A DNA stretch of 64,000 nt from Vermamoeba vermiformis (GCA_045837725.1 JBEWZL010000152.1:186001-250000), one strand, 5' to 3'. Positions 13,377 to 31,471 are shown, counted from the first letter of the stretch. The notes: generated by a model not told the origin, from the sequence alone. Made by a program: numbers and translations.

Positions 13377-13935
13377 ATGGGCAATACAAGTCAACGTTCG
13401 CATCGTAAAAAAATTGGAGATAATAAGCTCATCAAGGAAAATGAGGTTGTGGATGACGAGGACGGGTAAAATTCAAATACAAAAAAATTGATTTTTTTTC
13501 TAAATCCGTATTAGTTAAATTTAAAATTTTATCAGTAATTATAAAATGATTTAATATAATATACAGCGATCACCTTAGTGCAACGGAAGAACAGATCCGA
13601 CATTTACCGCTGGAATTAGTATTTGCGATTTTAGAACACGTTCCTCCAGTCGTTATTGTAAGGTATGAGCTATTGTGTATACTTAATATAATTTTTAAAA
13701 TAATATTTCATAATTATCTGGTCATTAACACGATGAATTAATTGCATCCAGGTGTCAAAGCCTTAGTAAATATTGGAAAGGCGTCTTTAAGAGTAATGGC
13801 GTGTGGCAACATATGTGCAAGCTATATGGCATGCATTCGATATATTTCAACGACGATACAGGTAATCAACCGAAAGTACATCCGTTGGCAAAAAAGTCAT
13901 TGAAATTTAATCAGTACAGTTGTTCCATACTTTGA
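13377..13935 (+). pseudogene. Truncated third F-box paralog (F-box only, no kinase domain)
   Basis: MGNTSQ start, same first two introns, F-box IRHLPLELVFAILEH...CQSLSKYWKGVFKSNGVWQHMCK; stops about 30 bp before the convergent CHD1L stop codon. Confidence 0.65.
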
Positions 13936-13966
13936 TTGAGTAATGGGATTCTTATAAGTGCTTGAT

Positions 13967-18696
<4,730 letters not shown>

Positions 18697-18831
18697 TTTG
18701 TGTTAGAAACGTTAATGAAAGTTGTTAGTGTCATTGGTAGAGAAAGTCGTTTTTGTTTTGAACGTCAGAAAATTTGTGGCTTGTTTCAAAGTTTATCTTT
18801 ATTTACATATTCATTATCAATTTATATTGTA

Positions 18832-19960
18832 TTAACGAGTTTGGTTCTTGGCGTAGCCGACTTTCACTAAAGAAAACAAGATCAGCAAGTGAAGTTCAAC
18901 AACGAAACATTGACGGTAACAATAAGCTTTCATATTATAAAGTAATATAGTCTTCGACGATATTTACTTAGTAAGAGTAGTAGTATTTACCAGTAGTTCT
19001 TGTTCTACCAACACCAATATCCTCAGGCTCGTCGTGGGTCTCAACGTATCTAGTTCTGCGAGTATGAGGAGGAATTGCAGCGTGAACAGCAGGGGTACGG
19101 AATCGGCTATAAAAGTTCATTAGTAAGATGAACCTTACAAGGTCAATGAAACTTAACGAGAGCGGATTTGGTCAGAAATTCGGCGAAGTTAAAATTGATT
19201 GTGGTGCTTACTTGACGATCCAGCCAATGACACTAGTAATAAAGTAAGGGAACAAAGCACCACGGAAAGGTGAGGTCAATGAGCGCAAAATAGCCAAGAC
19301 AACGCCAGCCAAAGAAACCCATCCGAAGAAAGGTCCGAACTTCCAGCCATTACGAGCTATAATACAATTATTATTAACATATAATTCATAATTAGTGCAG
19401 GTATAATAGGCTTACCATTCTCGTCGCTGTACTCGAACTCATCCGCGTAAGTACGTTCCAATTCGTATTGCAAAGAGCAGCTGCCATCAACAACCCATTC
19501 GTCATCAACGCCGTTGTATCCTTCGCAAGAGACGGTCATTCGGCCAAACTTGACACGTTGATCGAGATCTGCCTCACATTTCCATTGAATTTCTGAAAAT
19601 ATTGCCAGATATTAGCGCCAGTGCAAAGTATTTCGAAATTGCTGTCGTATACTCACCACCACTGTAGTCTCGTCCCATGTTTCTGCAGTAAACTGAGCTG
19701 GGATACAAGTCTTGGTAAGAGCTGGCAGATCCACCGTTACAAAACAACTGGCGAAAAGTTAGATGTGGTTCAAATATATTAAAATTTTAGCTTACTTGAG
19801 GTACTGAATATCCTCTTCGAGAATTAGTCCAATGTCCCTTATCAAAAGTCAAGCCACGAACATCGCGTAACAGCACGCGATCGGATCCGTAGCCGTAAAT
19901 AGCAAATGCGGTCAAAGCGCACGACAGTAGAATAAAGCAAGTTAAAGTGTATTGTTTCAT
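18832..19960 (-). CDS. SARAF: SARAF/TMEM66 store-operated Ca2+ entry regulatory factor
   Basis: Signal peptide, then RVLLRDVRGLTF...TNSRR...QLFCNGG...QWKCEADL...FGRMTVSCEGY...VDGSCSLQYEL, a TM helix, and C-terminal GYAKNQTR. Confidence 0.9.
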
Positions 19961-20211
19961 TGTTTGTTGTTTGTTGAATTAAAATGCGAACAGACATTTT
20001 GCGATGAAATAGCTCAAACTCGCGATGGTACGATGAAATCTCACTAAAGATTGGCGCATTTTTAAATTAAATTTCTAATTAACATCGAGACTTTCTCTTT
20101 TTCCCGCCGTATCGAAATAGGAAACGAGACTTGCCCAAATTTCCAGCGATATTCATTAGACAATGTCGATCCACAAAAAAAGTTCTATTTACCTTTTATT
20201 TATAATCCAGA

Positions 20212-21887
20212 TTAGTTCTGCGGTTGGTCAGAGTGACTTTCAGACCTTTCTTCCCCTTCTACGTGCACTGGAACTTCACTGCCCGACTCTTCTTCGTCGC
20301 CACTATCCATCGGATCCGAGAACTCTTCATCCTCTTCACCCTCTTCATCGTCTCCCTCTAATCGTAACTGAGCATCAGGATTGTTTGCGTTGGCGGTGGC
20401 AATGAACTGTTGTACGTTGTTGTTGAATTCTGCGTGCTGTTGGATAAACTGTGAGGCTGAAAGTGACGGCAATGCAGAGTGCGACAGAATCGCGGTGTTA
20501 TAAGCATTGCAATTAGGACACTTGTGGCCCATCCAATGGTAAGGCACCGTTGATTTAGCATTGCATTCATTGCATAAAATATTGCACGTCACGTCCTTGT
20601 ACTCATCCGGCATTTTGCAGTTAGAAATGACTTGATCCATGTGAGCCCATTGTTGCGTCATATCACTATACTTTACATTAATACCTTATTGCCACTAGAA
20701 TATTTGAGCAAATTACTTACAACATGGACTTTGAGCAGACAGGACACGTGTCGTATCGTTGCGCGTATTGTTTGAAACACGAAAGATGCATTGGGTGATT
20801 GCATTTCTCCAAGAAGTATACTGATTTGGTTGATGTAAACATATCCTAATTAATAAGGGTCAAAAATCCAGCTCGCAAAAAAGGAGGAGGACTTACTGTT
20901 CCGCAGATCGGACAGTCGGCATTCAATGTGTTTTCAATATGCGTTTTGTGCTCGAGCTTCTTGCTCAAACAAATATTGCAAATATCGCAGTGGAAATAAT
21001 CTTCTGCTTTGCCTGCAAAAATAAATGAAAAAATGAGCGTCTGATCTCGGATGGCACGGGTTTGCTGGACTCACCGATACGGCACATATTGCATTTGTTG
21101 CAATGGAAGATGTCCTTGTCGGGCATATTATCCCAGAACTTGCACACCGAACAGAAGTAACGGCTCATCGACTTATTGCATTCGGAACACTCGGAAGCGA
21201 CAGGCTGGATCTTCTTACAAAACATGCACATCATTTCTTTAGTCGCATATCTAAATATGATACGTTAGTTTATAGTACTAAGAATTGATTTTATAGACTT
21301 CGTCATGGCGTACCGGCTAATTTTGTGGTCGTGGACTTGCTCGTCGTGGCACAATCGACAAGGGTAAAGCTGACCGCAGCAAAAAGCTTTCATTTTACAA
21401 TTGCGTCGATAGTGTTTGCAGCCAAATATATTTTCAGCTTCATTCTTTAGAAGAGTAATGTTAGATGCGGATCGACAGTTACCGTCTGAAAGAGTGTTTA
21501 TGGCTTACGTTATAGGAAGCTGCTGTATTTAGTTCCTCGTCTTTTGTGGCATCATCTTCTTTGGCTGCAGTTGGCTTGTAGCTGCTTACCATCAATTCCT
21601 AAGATCCAGAAAATTTAGACCTTTTCAAAGTAGCGCGTAATATAATACAGAATATTATAGAGAATATTTAGTAATTTTTTGAAATTATTTGGCCGCAAAA
21701 TTGATTTATCAGATCTCGAGAAAATACCAAGATCGCGTTTTCATCAATCTTGCTTCTAAATATTAGTTGCTGCATGTACCTGAATTTTTTTGGCTTTGGT
21801 CGCAGGGTCTAAAGAAGTGTCTTTTTGAATTTCGACGATCTTGCGTCTTAGCTCCTTCTGTCGATCGGTCTCTTGCGATTGTTCCAT
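20212..21887 (-). CDS. RCHY1: RING finger and CHY zinc finger protein (Pirh2/RCHY1-like)
   Basis: CHY GCKHYRRNCKMKAFCCGQLYPCRLCHDE; YFCSVCKFWD...FHCNKCNMCRIG; RING-H2 CPIC...CNHPMHLSC...CPVC; zinc ribbon ILCNEC...YHWMGHKCPNCNAYNT. Confidence 0.92.
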
Positions 21888-22060
21888 TCCACACTTACGT
21901 ACGCTTATATCGACCCCTATTGTGCTATTGTCTATATAATACAAATGATAGAATAACTACGTCCAACGATAAAGCTTCGCCGGAACGCCAGATCAACCAG
22001 GGTTCATTTGTGGAATTTGAGACCTTCGCACCACAGTCCTTTATTCAGTAAAATTTCCGA

Positions 22061-23421
22061 TTAATTCGATTTATCGGAATCTATGGGCTCGGTAACTGGC
22101 TGCAATTTGTGGTTTTTCAGCGTCCACTGCGCCAAATGACCGTCGACCACAAACAAGAAGTCTTTGTCGTCCAACGCCTCGTTCAAAACGTGTTGCTTCA
22201 AGTTAACGAAGTACTGGTTAGACGGCACTCCGAACAATTGCTTCATATCCTCCGTTACTGCTGTAATAACGTCGCCTAAAATTTTTTCGTTAGATCGTAC
22301 TACCGCAACTACAATTCTTTACCTTCTATGGTAGCTTTATAGATTAATTTAACGCCCCTATCTTGCTTTTGACCAGTAGGCACGTTCTTGTAAAGAGTAT
22401 AATGCGTCTGTTTGTCCAAAACGAACAACTTTTTCTTATCGCCAAGCTCTATTTCAATGCCATTCTGGAGCAGAGCAACCAACTAAACGACGTATAAGTA
22501 TTGGTTATAGTACATAGGCGTGGCCTATTATGAATAACATACCTTGTTGATCAAATCGAACTTAATAGTGTTGCCGTGCTGGCAGTTGAACACGAGCTCG
22601 TCGTGTGAAATGAACACGATGTCTTTTTCATCGATTTCGATAGCTTTCTTAATTGCCTCGAGAATTTGAATAGTAATCTACGATAGAAGTATTAAATTGC
22701 TGTTTCTCAGTCTATGGACATTAACATGTTTCTTACTCGTTTTTGCAACTTCATGTTGCGGGCAGGATTTGTATGGCCAAAGACTACTTGTCTAAATATC
22801 TATCACGTGCCATATTAGTACCAGGTACAGCATATTTATATTCTGCTAAATATCGCAGAACGTAGTCTTACCTTTGACGAATAAAAAGCCGGATGCACAT
22901 CGTTTTTCTCCAATAAGCTGTCCTCACGTTAGTTGCCATCCTATTATGTAATTATATCGTTCATACCTTTCCCATGAATCAGTCAATGCGTTTTCATCGT
23001 CAAATATTTTCATTGTAGTAAAGTTCGCCTTTCGTAGATCGATTGAAATCAACAAGACGTTGTTAAATTGTTTTCGCTTATCTTTGCCTTCTAAATTTTC
23101 TTTCTTATCGAGGGCAATAGCGTCTATGCGTTTATAAGCCTCAGTCTCTTTGATGTATTTACTGAGCTGATCCGATTTTTTTAATTTGTAGTCTTTAGCG
23201 CTCTCGTAAGTGCTGCTATTATTCTTCAAAAATTCCTCGAACTGAATATATAGGTCTAAGGCTTTGACTGAGCTGGCATATTGCGGCGATTTGAATAACG
23301 TCTGGAGATAATACTTGGCGTACAAAGGCACGGGGATTGATAACTTGTAAATTCGTGCAAACTCTTCCAAATCTTTAATTTTGTCTAATTTTTCAGTGAT
23401 TTTTGCGTTGTCGGCCTCCAT
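22061..23421 (-). CDS. Uncharacterised ~355-aa protein with polymerase-palm-like acidic motifs (6 exons)
   Basis: Hand-spliced product contains LISIDLRKANF, SKIFRQVVFG and IVFISHDELVF. The gene structure is solid; the function is inference. Confidence 0.7.
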
Positions 23422-23883
23422 AATCACTGTAGTCTTCTGTTAAAAATTAAATTTAATTCAACTTCAGTACTTGCTGTTTAAATTTTGTTACTGGCGAAAA
23501 AAGAATTTTAAAAATATTTAGTGAGCTATAGTTAGTTAATGATTTCGATTTCGAGACTCCGCGATTTTTAGCAGATTCAAATTGGCTCGTTGATAAATAA
23601 ATTTCCAATGTTAGCCATTCGACCTTATATTACCTTAGTATTTTGTGGACTATTTGAGGTGTTTCCTAAGGCAAAGGACTCGATTTTTCATTTTTGGCTG
23701 GAGCGAGAAAATTTGCGGTCAATTTTCAGGCCAGTTTTCCTCCGGTCACGGCGAATGTTTTTTCAATTTTAATTTTTACTTACACGAGACACAACAATAT
23801 TATTTTGCTGCAGAGTGTTAGATCTTACCAGCAAGCAGTGACATCCAAAACTCGGTTACCAAACACCCAACCCAGCTTTAATT

Positions 23884-24772
23884 ATGGGAATGGAAGAAAG
23901 CAAACCTCATAAGCCGGTAGTATATACTACTGAATCTACAAAGACAACCTCACCCGAGATCGACAACATCCCCTTCAAAACGGCTACTTTCGCGCTCGGA
24001 TGATTTTGGGGCCCCGATGGCGTCTTTGGTAATTATAAATTATTTTAAAATTATTTAGAAGCATATTATTCGTTATTTCGGAAGGAAATCAATTATTCGG
24101 GCTTTTTCAATTTGCCTTCCGTCACGCGAGATCCCATTTCAAACCTGAACTAACAAGTAGCGTTGTATAGGAAGCGCCAAAGGGGTCTTGCGGACGCGAG
24201 TCGGCTATTGTGGTGGAAAGCAGGTGAATCCTACCTATTACAATATTGGAGATCACACTGAAACACTCCAGATCGACTACGATCCGAAAGTAACATCTTA
24301 TAGCGACTTATTAGCGCTGTTTTGGAAAGAATATAGTCCTGGCAAACCTTGGTCTACGCAGTACATGAGCGCCATATGGTACCACGATGACGAACAAAAG
24401 AAGTTGATCGAGCAGACTAAATCCGAGAAAGAAAAGCAATTGAGGTACGTGCCTGTTGTCTAATTTATTACAAAAGCTCATTTTCTAATATTTTAACGTT
24501 GAAGTGGAGTACATCTGCTCGTGGCACCTCTTTCAAAGTTTTATTTGGCCGAGGATTACCACCAGAAGTACTACTTGCAGAACAGCCACATAGCCTCGAA
24601 GCTAAACCTGCCTACTGACGCTGAGGAACTCGCAAACTCTTATCTCGCGACTCGCTTGAACGGCTACATTAAAGGCTCTGGATCCGTCGAAGATCTTGAA
24701 GCCGATCTCAAGAAGCTCAGCGGCTTAATTGACGATGAGGTGAAGAAAGAGTTGAGAGATGAATATGAATAG
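23884..24772 (+). CDS. msrA: Peptide methionine sulfoxide reductase A, selenocysteine form (U40)
   Basis: ATFALG-TGA(24001-24003)-FWGPDG aligns with the GCFWG active site; also RTRVGYCGG, HTETLQIDYDP, QYMSAIWY and FYLAEDYHQKY; SECIS downstream. Confidence 0.95.
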
Positions 24773-24840
24773 AGGTCGAAGAGGCAAGCAATGCGTGGCT
24801 TAAAGGCGAGAAACAGTTGAACGGATCGAAGTTTTGGAAT

Positions 24841-24930
24841 TCTATTTTGATAGTATGTTAATGACGTATTCGATGATTAACTCGACTTCACTCGAAATCT
24901 TGAATACTGACAATAGTACTACGCAATAGA
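24841..24930 (+). promoter_or_regulatory. Eukaryotic SECIS element (type II) in msrA 3' UTR
   Basis: ATGA (24861-64), helix II GTATTCGATGATT/AATCTTGAATAC, unpaired AA (24879-80), apical mini-stem TCGA/TCGA, closing TGA (24908-10), helix I TCTATT..TAGTA/TACTA..AATAGA. Confidence 0.9.
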
Positions 24931-25266
24931 ACCAAAATAAAGCGCGTTCAAATGTTTACTAAAAATAGCGCGCGATCTGGTGGGCCTTGAATTTCTATTA
25001 ACAGTTCGATTTTATTCATAGATTACATGCTGGTCGACTGAACCGATAAATTATTACATTTGAACTAGTTATACAATTGGTTCCTAGTCTTCACCAGCCT
25101 ATTTACAAATTTTCGTTGTTCGTATAATTTTGTCAGACGATTTGCTGAAAAATATCTTTGGCTCTACGACTAATAAAACCAAAGCCTATTCTCCAACAAT
25201 AAGCAAAATTGTCCAATGATATCATACGCCATTGAAACGAAGCAGATCTCTCTTCGTTCATATCGT

Positions 25267-26617
25267 TCATTTCTTCCGCAGATGTGTTACTTGAGGTGTC
25301 GTACTTTTCTCTTTATCAAATAAACTCTTCATTGCTTGAAGCGTATCTGCAAATGAGTCGCGAAAGAAAGAATTGAATTCGTGAACGATATCTTTCAATG
25401 CGCTTGAAGTCTCATTCAACAGCTGCTTAGTCTTTTCTCCTGACAGACTTTCTTCAACGGACGAATCTCCTATAATACGCAAATATAGGTTAGTATAATG
25501 CTAATATAAGCAATTATATCATTATTCTAGCTAATGGGCCTTAAATTACGAAACGGAAAAAAAGAAAATTAATTTTTTTCGAAATCGATTTACTTTCCGT
25601 TACATAGGCCTATAATACAAGGGTATATAATCAATTACGCGTAAAATATTGATTATACGAATTCGCACGGGTCTGGATTAGAATATAAAACTTGCGGAGT
25701 GATCCGCTCGGGATCCAGCACACTACCTTTTGGAGGGGCCGTCGGCGTTGCTACCCAAGGCTGTCTTAATATATTCTCTAGTGTATGCAAGCCCGCGATG
25801 GGCTCGAGTGAGTTAACGTAATGTAGTCGATCTTTGAAGTGCCATAATGTTGGTTGCGCTTGCACGATCTGGTTGATCCAGTCTTGGCAAAAAAAGTCTT
25901 GGGCGTTCTCGGACCCAGGTATAAATACAATATGAAGGTTTGCTACAATAATAACAGTTAATATAAAGTGTTTTTTGGCGGTAGAAAATATTGGCGGTAA
26001 CGGGGGAATTTGGATGGCGCACGTAAAAACGAAAAACCGAGTATCGGCAATAGAGTTGTATAGTGTAAGTAAGGCGTTTAATATTAATAATAGGGTATTA
26101 TTTGTAGTATTGTACTAATTTATTTGAAAATGGTGACGTGAATCCGTCCCTTTCCAATTTTCTGGTTTTTATTTGAAATCAATGTCTTGATATCACGTAT
26201 TATTTGAAATAATTATCAAAATAATCTATTACAAACGTTATTGTCGTATTCTGATTGATTTAGAAATTTTGAAATTCTTATTTTTAAATCCAATTTCGAA
26301 AATTTACTGCAGACCATCCTTCGAAGTTAATAACGCCGCACCTCGATAATATTAATTAAATATTAGTACTTACATAGTTTATCCAAATTTTTAATCTCTG
26401 GAAAGTCTCCATCCACGCCAAATAATACCGGTGAAATGCTCGGTTGTTTAACGACAATTAAAAAGCATGTCGTGAACGGCACATAGGCCTCTAACTGCAT
26501 GCGCATTTCATGGTGCCGTTCATAATGACAGATCGGCACGCAGTTAGGAAAATGAATAAGAAGGTTGTAAAGCTGATCTACACCCTTTATATGTCCGAAT
26601 AAATGAATTTCTTGCAT
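25267..26617 (-). other. Possible multi-exon hypothetical gene or gene remnant
   Basis: Three same-strand ORF blocks (26363-26617, 25653-25865, 25267-25482) separated by very AT-rich intron-like spacers. No recognisable motif, and no convincing start or stop could be assembled. Confidence 0.3.
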
Positions 26618-26949
26618 TGAGCATCTCCGTAGTGTGCACGATGCCTGTTGTGGTGTAAAGGGGAGGAACTACATCAAAATAGGAGTTTTGGCGAACAAGT
26701 AAATTATTTCGAAAAAACGAAAAATTTTTGAAATTTCGTTCGACTGCACAACGGCGGGCACCGAGGCGAAGAATTATTACGGTGGGTCATGCGGAATTAG
26801 TAAACCTTTCGATTTTGCGTTTCAACGTCTCCTTTCAATCAAGATCTAGCGGAAGACGAACCAATGCCCGCATCTCGCTCTGTTGAGCATGCAACTAATC
26901 GTCATTTTACAACTAAAGATACAAAAATCACATAAATGACCGAAATATC

Positions 26950-29814
26950 TTATTCAAACATAAAAAAGAAAATCGTACTAATGGCGGCCAAAAAGACAGC
27001 GCTGTTGAGCTGAAGCAATTGTGCGTGCGACGTTGCAACAACTTGACTAATAGGCTCTACCGCACTGGGAGGAATATCACGTTGTTGACCTCGCACTTCG
27101 ACTCCAGTCGGACTTGCGGTAACATCCTTGATGAGCGGGTTCTTTTCATTGAGTCCTTGAGTCAGATCACTATTGAACTCTTGTTTTGCGTTATTGATCT
27201 CCGAGAACATTGCACTGCAAAATAACAATGATTAGACTCTAAAATCAAAGTGCGATCCGGATCAACAGCGGCTGCGACGTACCTTAAAATGTCTTGAACA
27301 CTCTTTTCCGTTGCATCTAAGTGACGTTTAGTTAGCTTGATGATTATAGATAGTTCAATCAGTTAAAACAAAAACGTACTAGGAGAAGATAGGATCGTTA
27401 TGGAGATTGAGTAGATGTTCGGTTGAGTCTCGTTGCCTGCAATAGACAAGCGATAAGTAGCGTCCAATCGACTCGCACTGAAGTTGTATCTGTCGGCTAA
27501 GTTGTTCAGGATCGTTTGAATATCCGTCTTGTTCAAAGTGTCTAGCGTTGCAATAGTGATCACGAACCCAGCATCTATCGATCATTAACACCTTAGAATT
27601 GCAATAGTATAGCACTACTACTACCTTTAGGACATTGTAAGGCTTCAGCTTTGTTTCCTGAAAGGTCGATGGTCAAATTGTACGATCCCAGAAGCCACGT
27701 GACTTGCTCAGTTGAGTGCGGAATCGTCACGTTGTAAGGCGAGACTGGATACGTCAGACTATTGCCTGCTGTAAAGAACGTCGGCCTGTCATTCTGCGAA
27801 ACAAAGGAATCAGAAGCTTTTCGTACTGTATTTTGATCTGCTCGTTGCAAACTGTGGTCAACAACTTACGGCAAGGTTTGTTGGAACAAAGTTGTTCAAC
27901 AGTCCATAGGGAATATTTAGGTCGAATCCATTGTTGTTAACGAAGCTAAAATACAGCATCATCGAGTTGCTGTCGATTATGTTGAGGCAGTCAAGCGAAG
28001 GTCCGACGCTTGGAATGAATTGCGGAGGTATCGGTTGACAGTCTTGCTTATTGACGTAAGGCTGGTAGCCAGGCATGCACTTGCAAGTAGCATTATTGCA
28101 ACCTAGACCACCGTCGCACTCTTCTGAACCAGTCACCACTCCGTTTCCGCACACTAACCCACAAATTAATCTCCGAAAATCTCGGGTAATTAAATGAAAT
28201 CTCACCATCTACGCAAGCTCCGTTACGATACTCCAACGTTGGCAAGCACGTACATTGACTGGTGCAGTCATCTGAGCCATCACATTGCTCGTTCATGTCC
28301 AAGACTCCATTACCGCAGAACGTCATTCGACGGATCAGAACTTGATTTCGAGCGGCATTGAGCGCCGTTACGATGACGTCACTGCTGTTGCCAATTCGCG
28401 CCATATGCACTCCTATAGTCGCAGCATCGTCTTTACAACGGTTAGGACGGAACCACAACAGTCAATTATTATTACGTACTTAGAGACAGTTCGGGACCAA
28501 TCTGAGTGTAGCCGTCCGAGAGCGATACTTTTCCGTATTTATCTGACGTATATCAGCGAGTATCAAGTCATCATAATGGTATAACTAACTTACATATCAC
28601 AGAATTGAGGGTCGAGCTGTGAGCGGTTAGGACGTAGTCCGATCCTAAGTGCACGGCACTAGGCAACTTATTCTCTTTTACATTATTTGTAAAAAGAGGT
28701 TGGAAGAAAATTCCATTAAAGTCTTGTTGAAATCGGCCTTAAAAAAAGTTAGTAACTTTCGGAGGGATCCAGTAACCACTTACCAAAATAAATTGCATTA
28801 TTTGTGACTTGAAGAAAAGGCACTAATGACGTGGAATCTATCAATACTGGTACAGCGTAAGTCGCAGTTGTCGTCAAATTTGCGATTCGCCGCAACTCCT
28901 TCGCCAACGGCTTGTATCCCCAGTAAGATACAATATCATAAGCCCCAATAGCATTTTTCAACATATAAAAGCTTTTGTTTGTTCTATCGTCGTATACAGC
29001 CACCGGAATATCGTACTAGCAATTATTGTTAATCTGAAAACGTAAATTTAATTCTTGACGACTTACGCTTATTAAATCAAACTCGGTATTATTTGTAGTG
29101 CTAATTGAATTAAAGCTCAGCTTAGCAGTATTGTTGGCATTGACAGGTGGAAAAGTGCAGCCGAAGATTTGCGAGCTGTTCAACGAGAATAATCCTAACA
29201 CGTCATACTTGACCTTGTAATAATTGACCGCACTAACATGATTCAGCAGTACTTACCATATTCTTAGGGGCGTTATTGTTCGTATCCAATACGAAAAATG
29301 AGCTATTTAGTTTAGTCCCATCTGATAAGAACCGGATGCCCTGAAAGATTGCCATCTGCGGCCCGGTAAGTGAGCGCCAGACAGCTACGCCACTACAAGT
29401 ATATCATATCATTAATATCACATTGTAATTACAGTATAATGGGATTGCATTGCTTTTACAAGCTCGTCAGTTGTGAATTGACGTGGATGCGACTACTTAC
29501 ATGTCTCCTTTCGTAACCATCACAGTAGGCCCGTAATGCGGCCCTATAGAGTCCGATAATATAAACTCTTTCACCTTCACTGAACCGTTCTTGTCGAAGA
29601 TCTTGGCACCCATCTGCGAGTACTGATTTCCTCCAACATACACAGGATAAACTACGACGAAATCGCCGTTGCTAAATGATGCTACGCGTGGATAAGAGAC
29701 GTTAGAGAAGCCTAGCGCTCGTTCGTTGATGGAAGTCCAACTGGTCTTTGGGATTGGCTGGGCAATCGCTGTAAAAATAGCACCAACGACTAGAATGAAA
29801 AATATACTTTGCAT
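26950..29814 (-). CDS. Secreted/surface (probably GPI-anchored) protein with Cys-rich CGNGxxxxxExCD repeats
   Basis: Signal peptide MQSIFFILVVGAIFTAIA; repeats CGNGVLDMNEQCDG and CGNGVVTGSEECDG (myxococcal Cys-rich/DUF4215-type); hydrophobic C-terminus AVFLAAISTIFFFMFE. Confidence 0.75.
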
Positions 29815-31471
29815 TCGTGGTACTCTTCGTGAAAAACTATTTAAAATAACCGTACGAATGCCGTTCTGCCATCGCACGCTGCGAAAAGGAAATTTCATTT
29901 TTCAAACTTGCATTGACACGCAATGTGATCGATATAGTATGTACTAGACATGAACTAGTTTATCCTCCTAGTATACATGATTGCGTTAATATTTGTGAGA
30001 AATGAGTGTTACACTAAGTTTCATACCGAGTGCGTTATGCTCCCTGCACTTAGGACCATTGGGTACATCAAACGACAATTAAAATACGTTATTGGATTGC
30101 ATCTTGAGAGATATCATGCAATAGCAACTAACTCTCGAAGCAACTGAATACTAACTTTCGAACAAGAATTGAACTTCAAAAAGTAGTACTGCCTACCATA
30201 GTTTAGCGTAGCTGACGATGCACTGCGTACTCTAATAGACAATCAACTCTTCTAATCACGTTTTGATTCTCAAGTGAAGGGACAAGCGGGTTTCCGGCTC
30301 GAGTGTCAATTTGCTTCATTCTCGTGCTTCAGCTGTCAAATGGGCCTGCGACAGGTGTTATGTTAATTCGAAGCTCAATCATTTTTTAAAGCAATCTACT
30401 TGCCAACTGAAAGAAGAACCAGGCAGGACCGTTACGCGTCGTCGAGTAAACGCACTGTAATTTCTCGATGTTTTACGTTCTTCCGAATATCATGAGCGAA
30501 CTTATCATTTTCGCTGTCCAATCTACTAGTAGCTTCATGGTGATGATATTGACTTCGCGGCAATTCGGTGCTTTGGTAACCGACGATATTAAATGGAGAG
30601 TACCGCTCATCCGAACGAAAATTGTTACGTCTTTGGCTGTAAGCAATACAACAGGAAGAAACCACCTGGCCTTTGTGTTGTCTTCTATACAAAATTATGA
30701 GTTTGAATAAAGCAGCCCCGACCACAAGAAGCGGAAATGGTGGGTAAAATCCGGATTTGAAGAATAAAATGTTTAAAAATTACAATAATAATGTTTTTAT
30801 TGCCACAATTATACCTATTAATTTTGAGCACTTCATCTAAACAAAATTGATTGTTATTTACGAAATTACTAAACTAAAAAGTAATTTTGAGCCTAAATAG
30901 TTGTTACCTAGTGTCTCTTTGAACAACGACCTTATAATATAATTATCTACTATTATCAATTTAAATTTTTCGGAGTTGTTGTTGAACATATGACTGCAAA
31001 AAAATCAACCGTAGAAATTCTCATCCACCTCCTTTAGGTTGCTAATTCTTTACAAGAATAATTAAAGCTAGCACTAGCAACGCAATCAAATCTGGCGAGT
31101 GTCAAAAATAACGACAGAGATCTACGTACTTGGGTCAAATGTACCACGGAGTTTCCTTTGCCGTATGAAACAACAGCAAACATAGCAAAATATTGCGCGG
31201 CTATATAATGGTACGTTAAAGCATTCTAACTGAATAAGGCGAAACAAATCAACTCTTTCGAGAAATTAACGCCATTATTAGTAATACAGCGAGTAAGTTC
31301 TGCAATATATTGATTGTCGGTTAGATTTTGCAAAATCAATCGATGTGATTTTTGGGACGTGATTCTGTGTTCAGCGCGTCAAATGTCAGCAGCAGCTATT
31401 TAAAGGATTCGATTGACTCTCATTTTATCTAATTCATCTGTCAACTCAACGAACATCACAATCACAATACA

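Noticed and set aside
29950-31400. ORFs at 30432-30725 and 30468-30710 in a long intergenic region
   Set aside because: Short, mutually overlapping and motif-free; probably promoter DNA of divergent genes.
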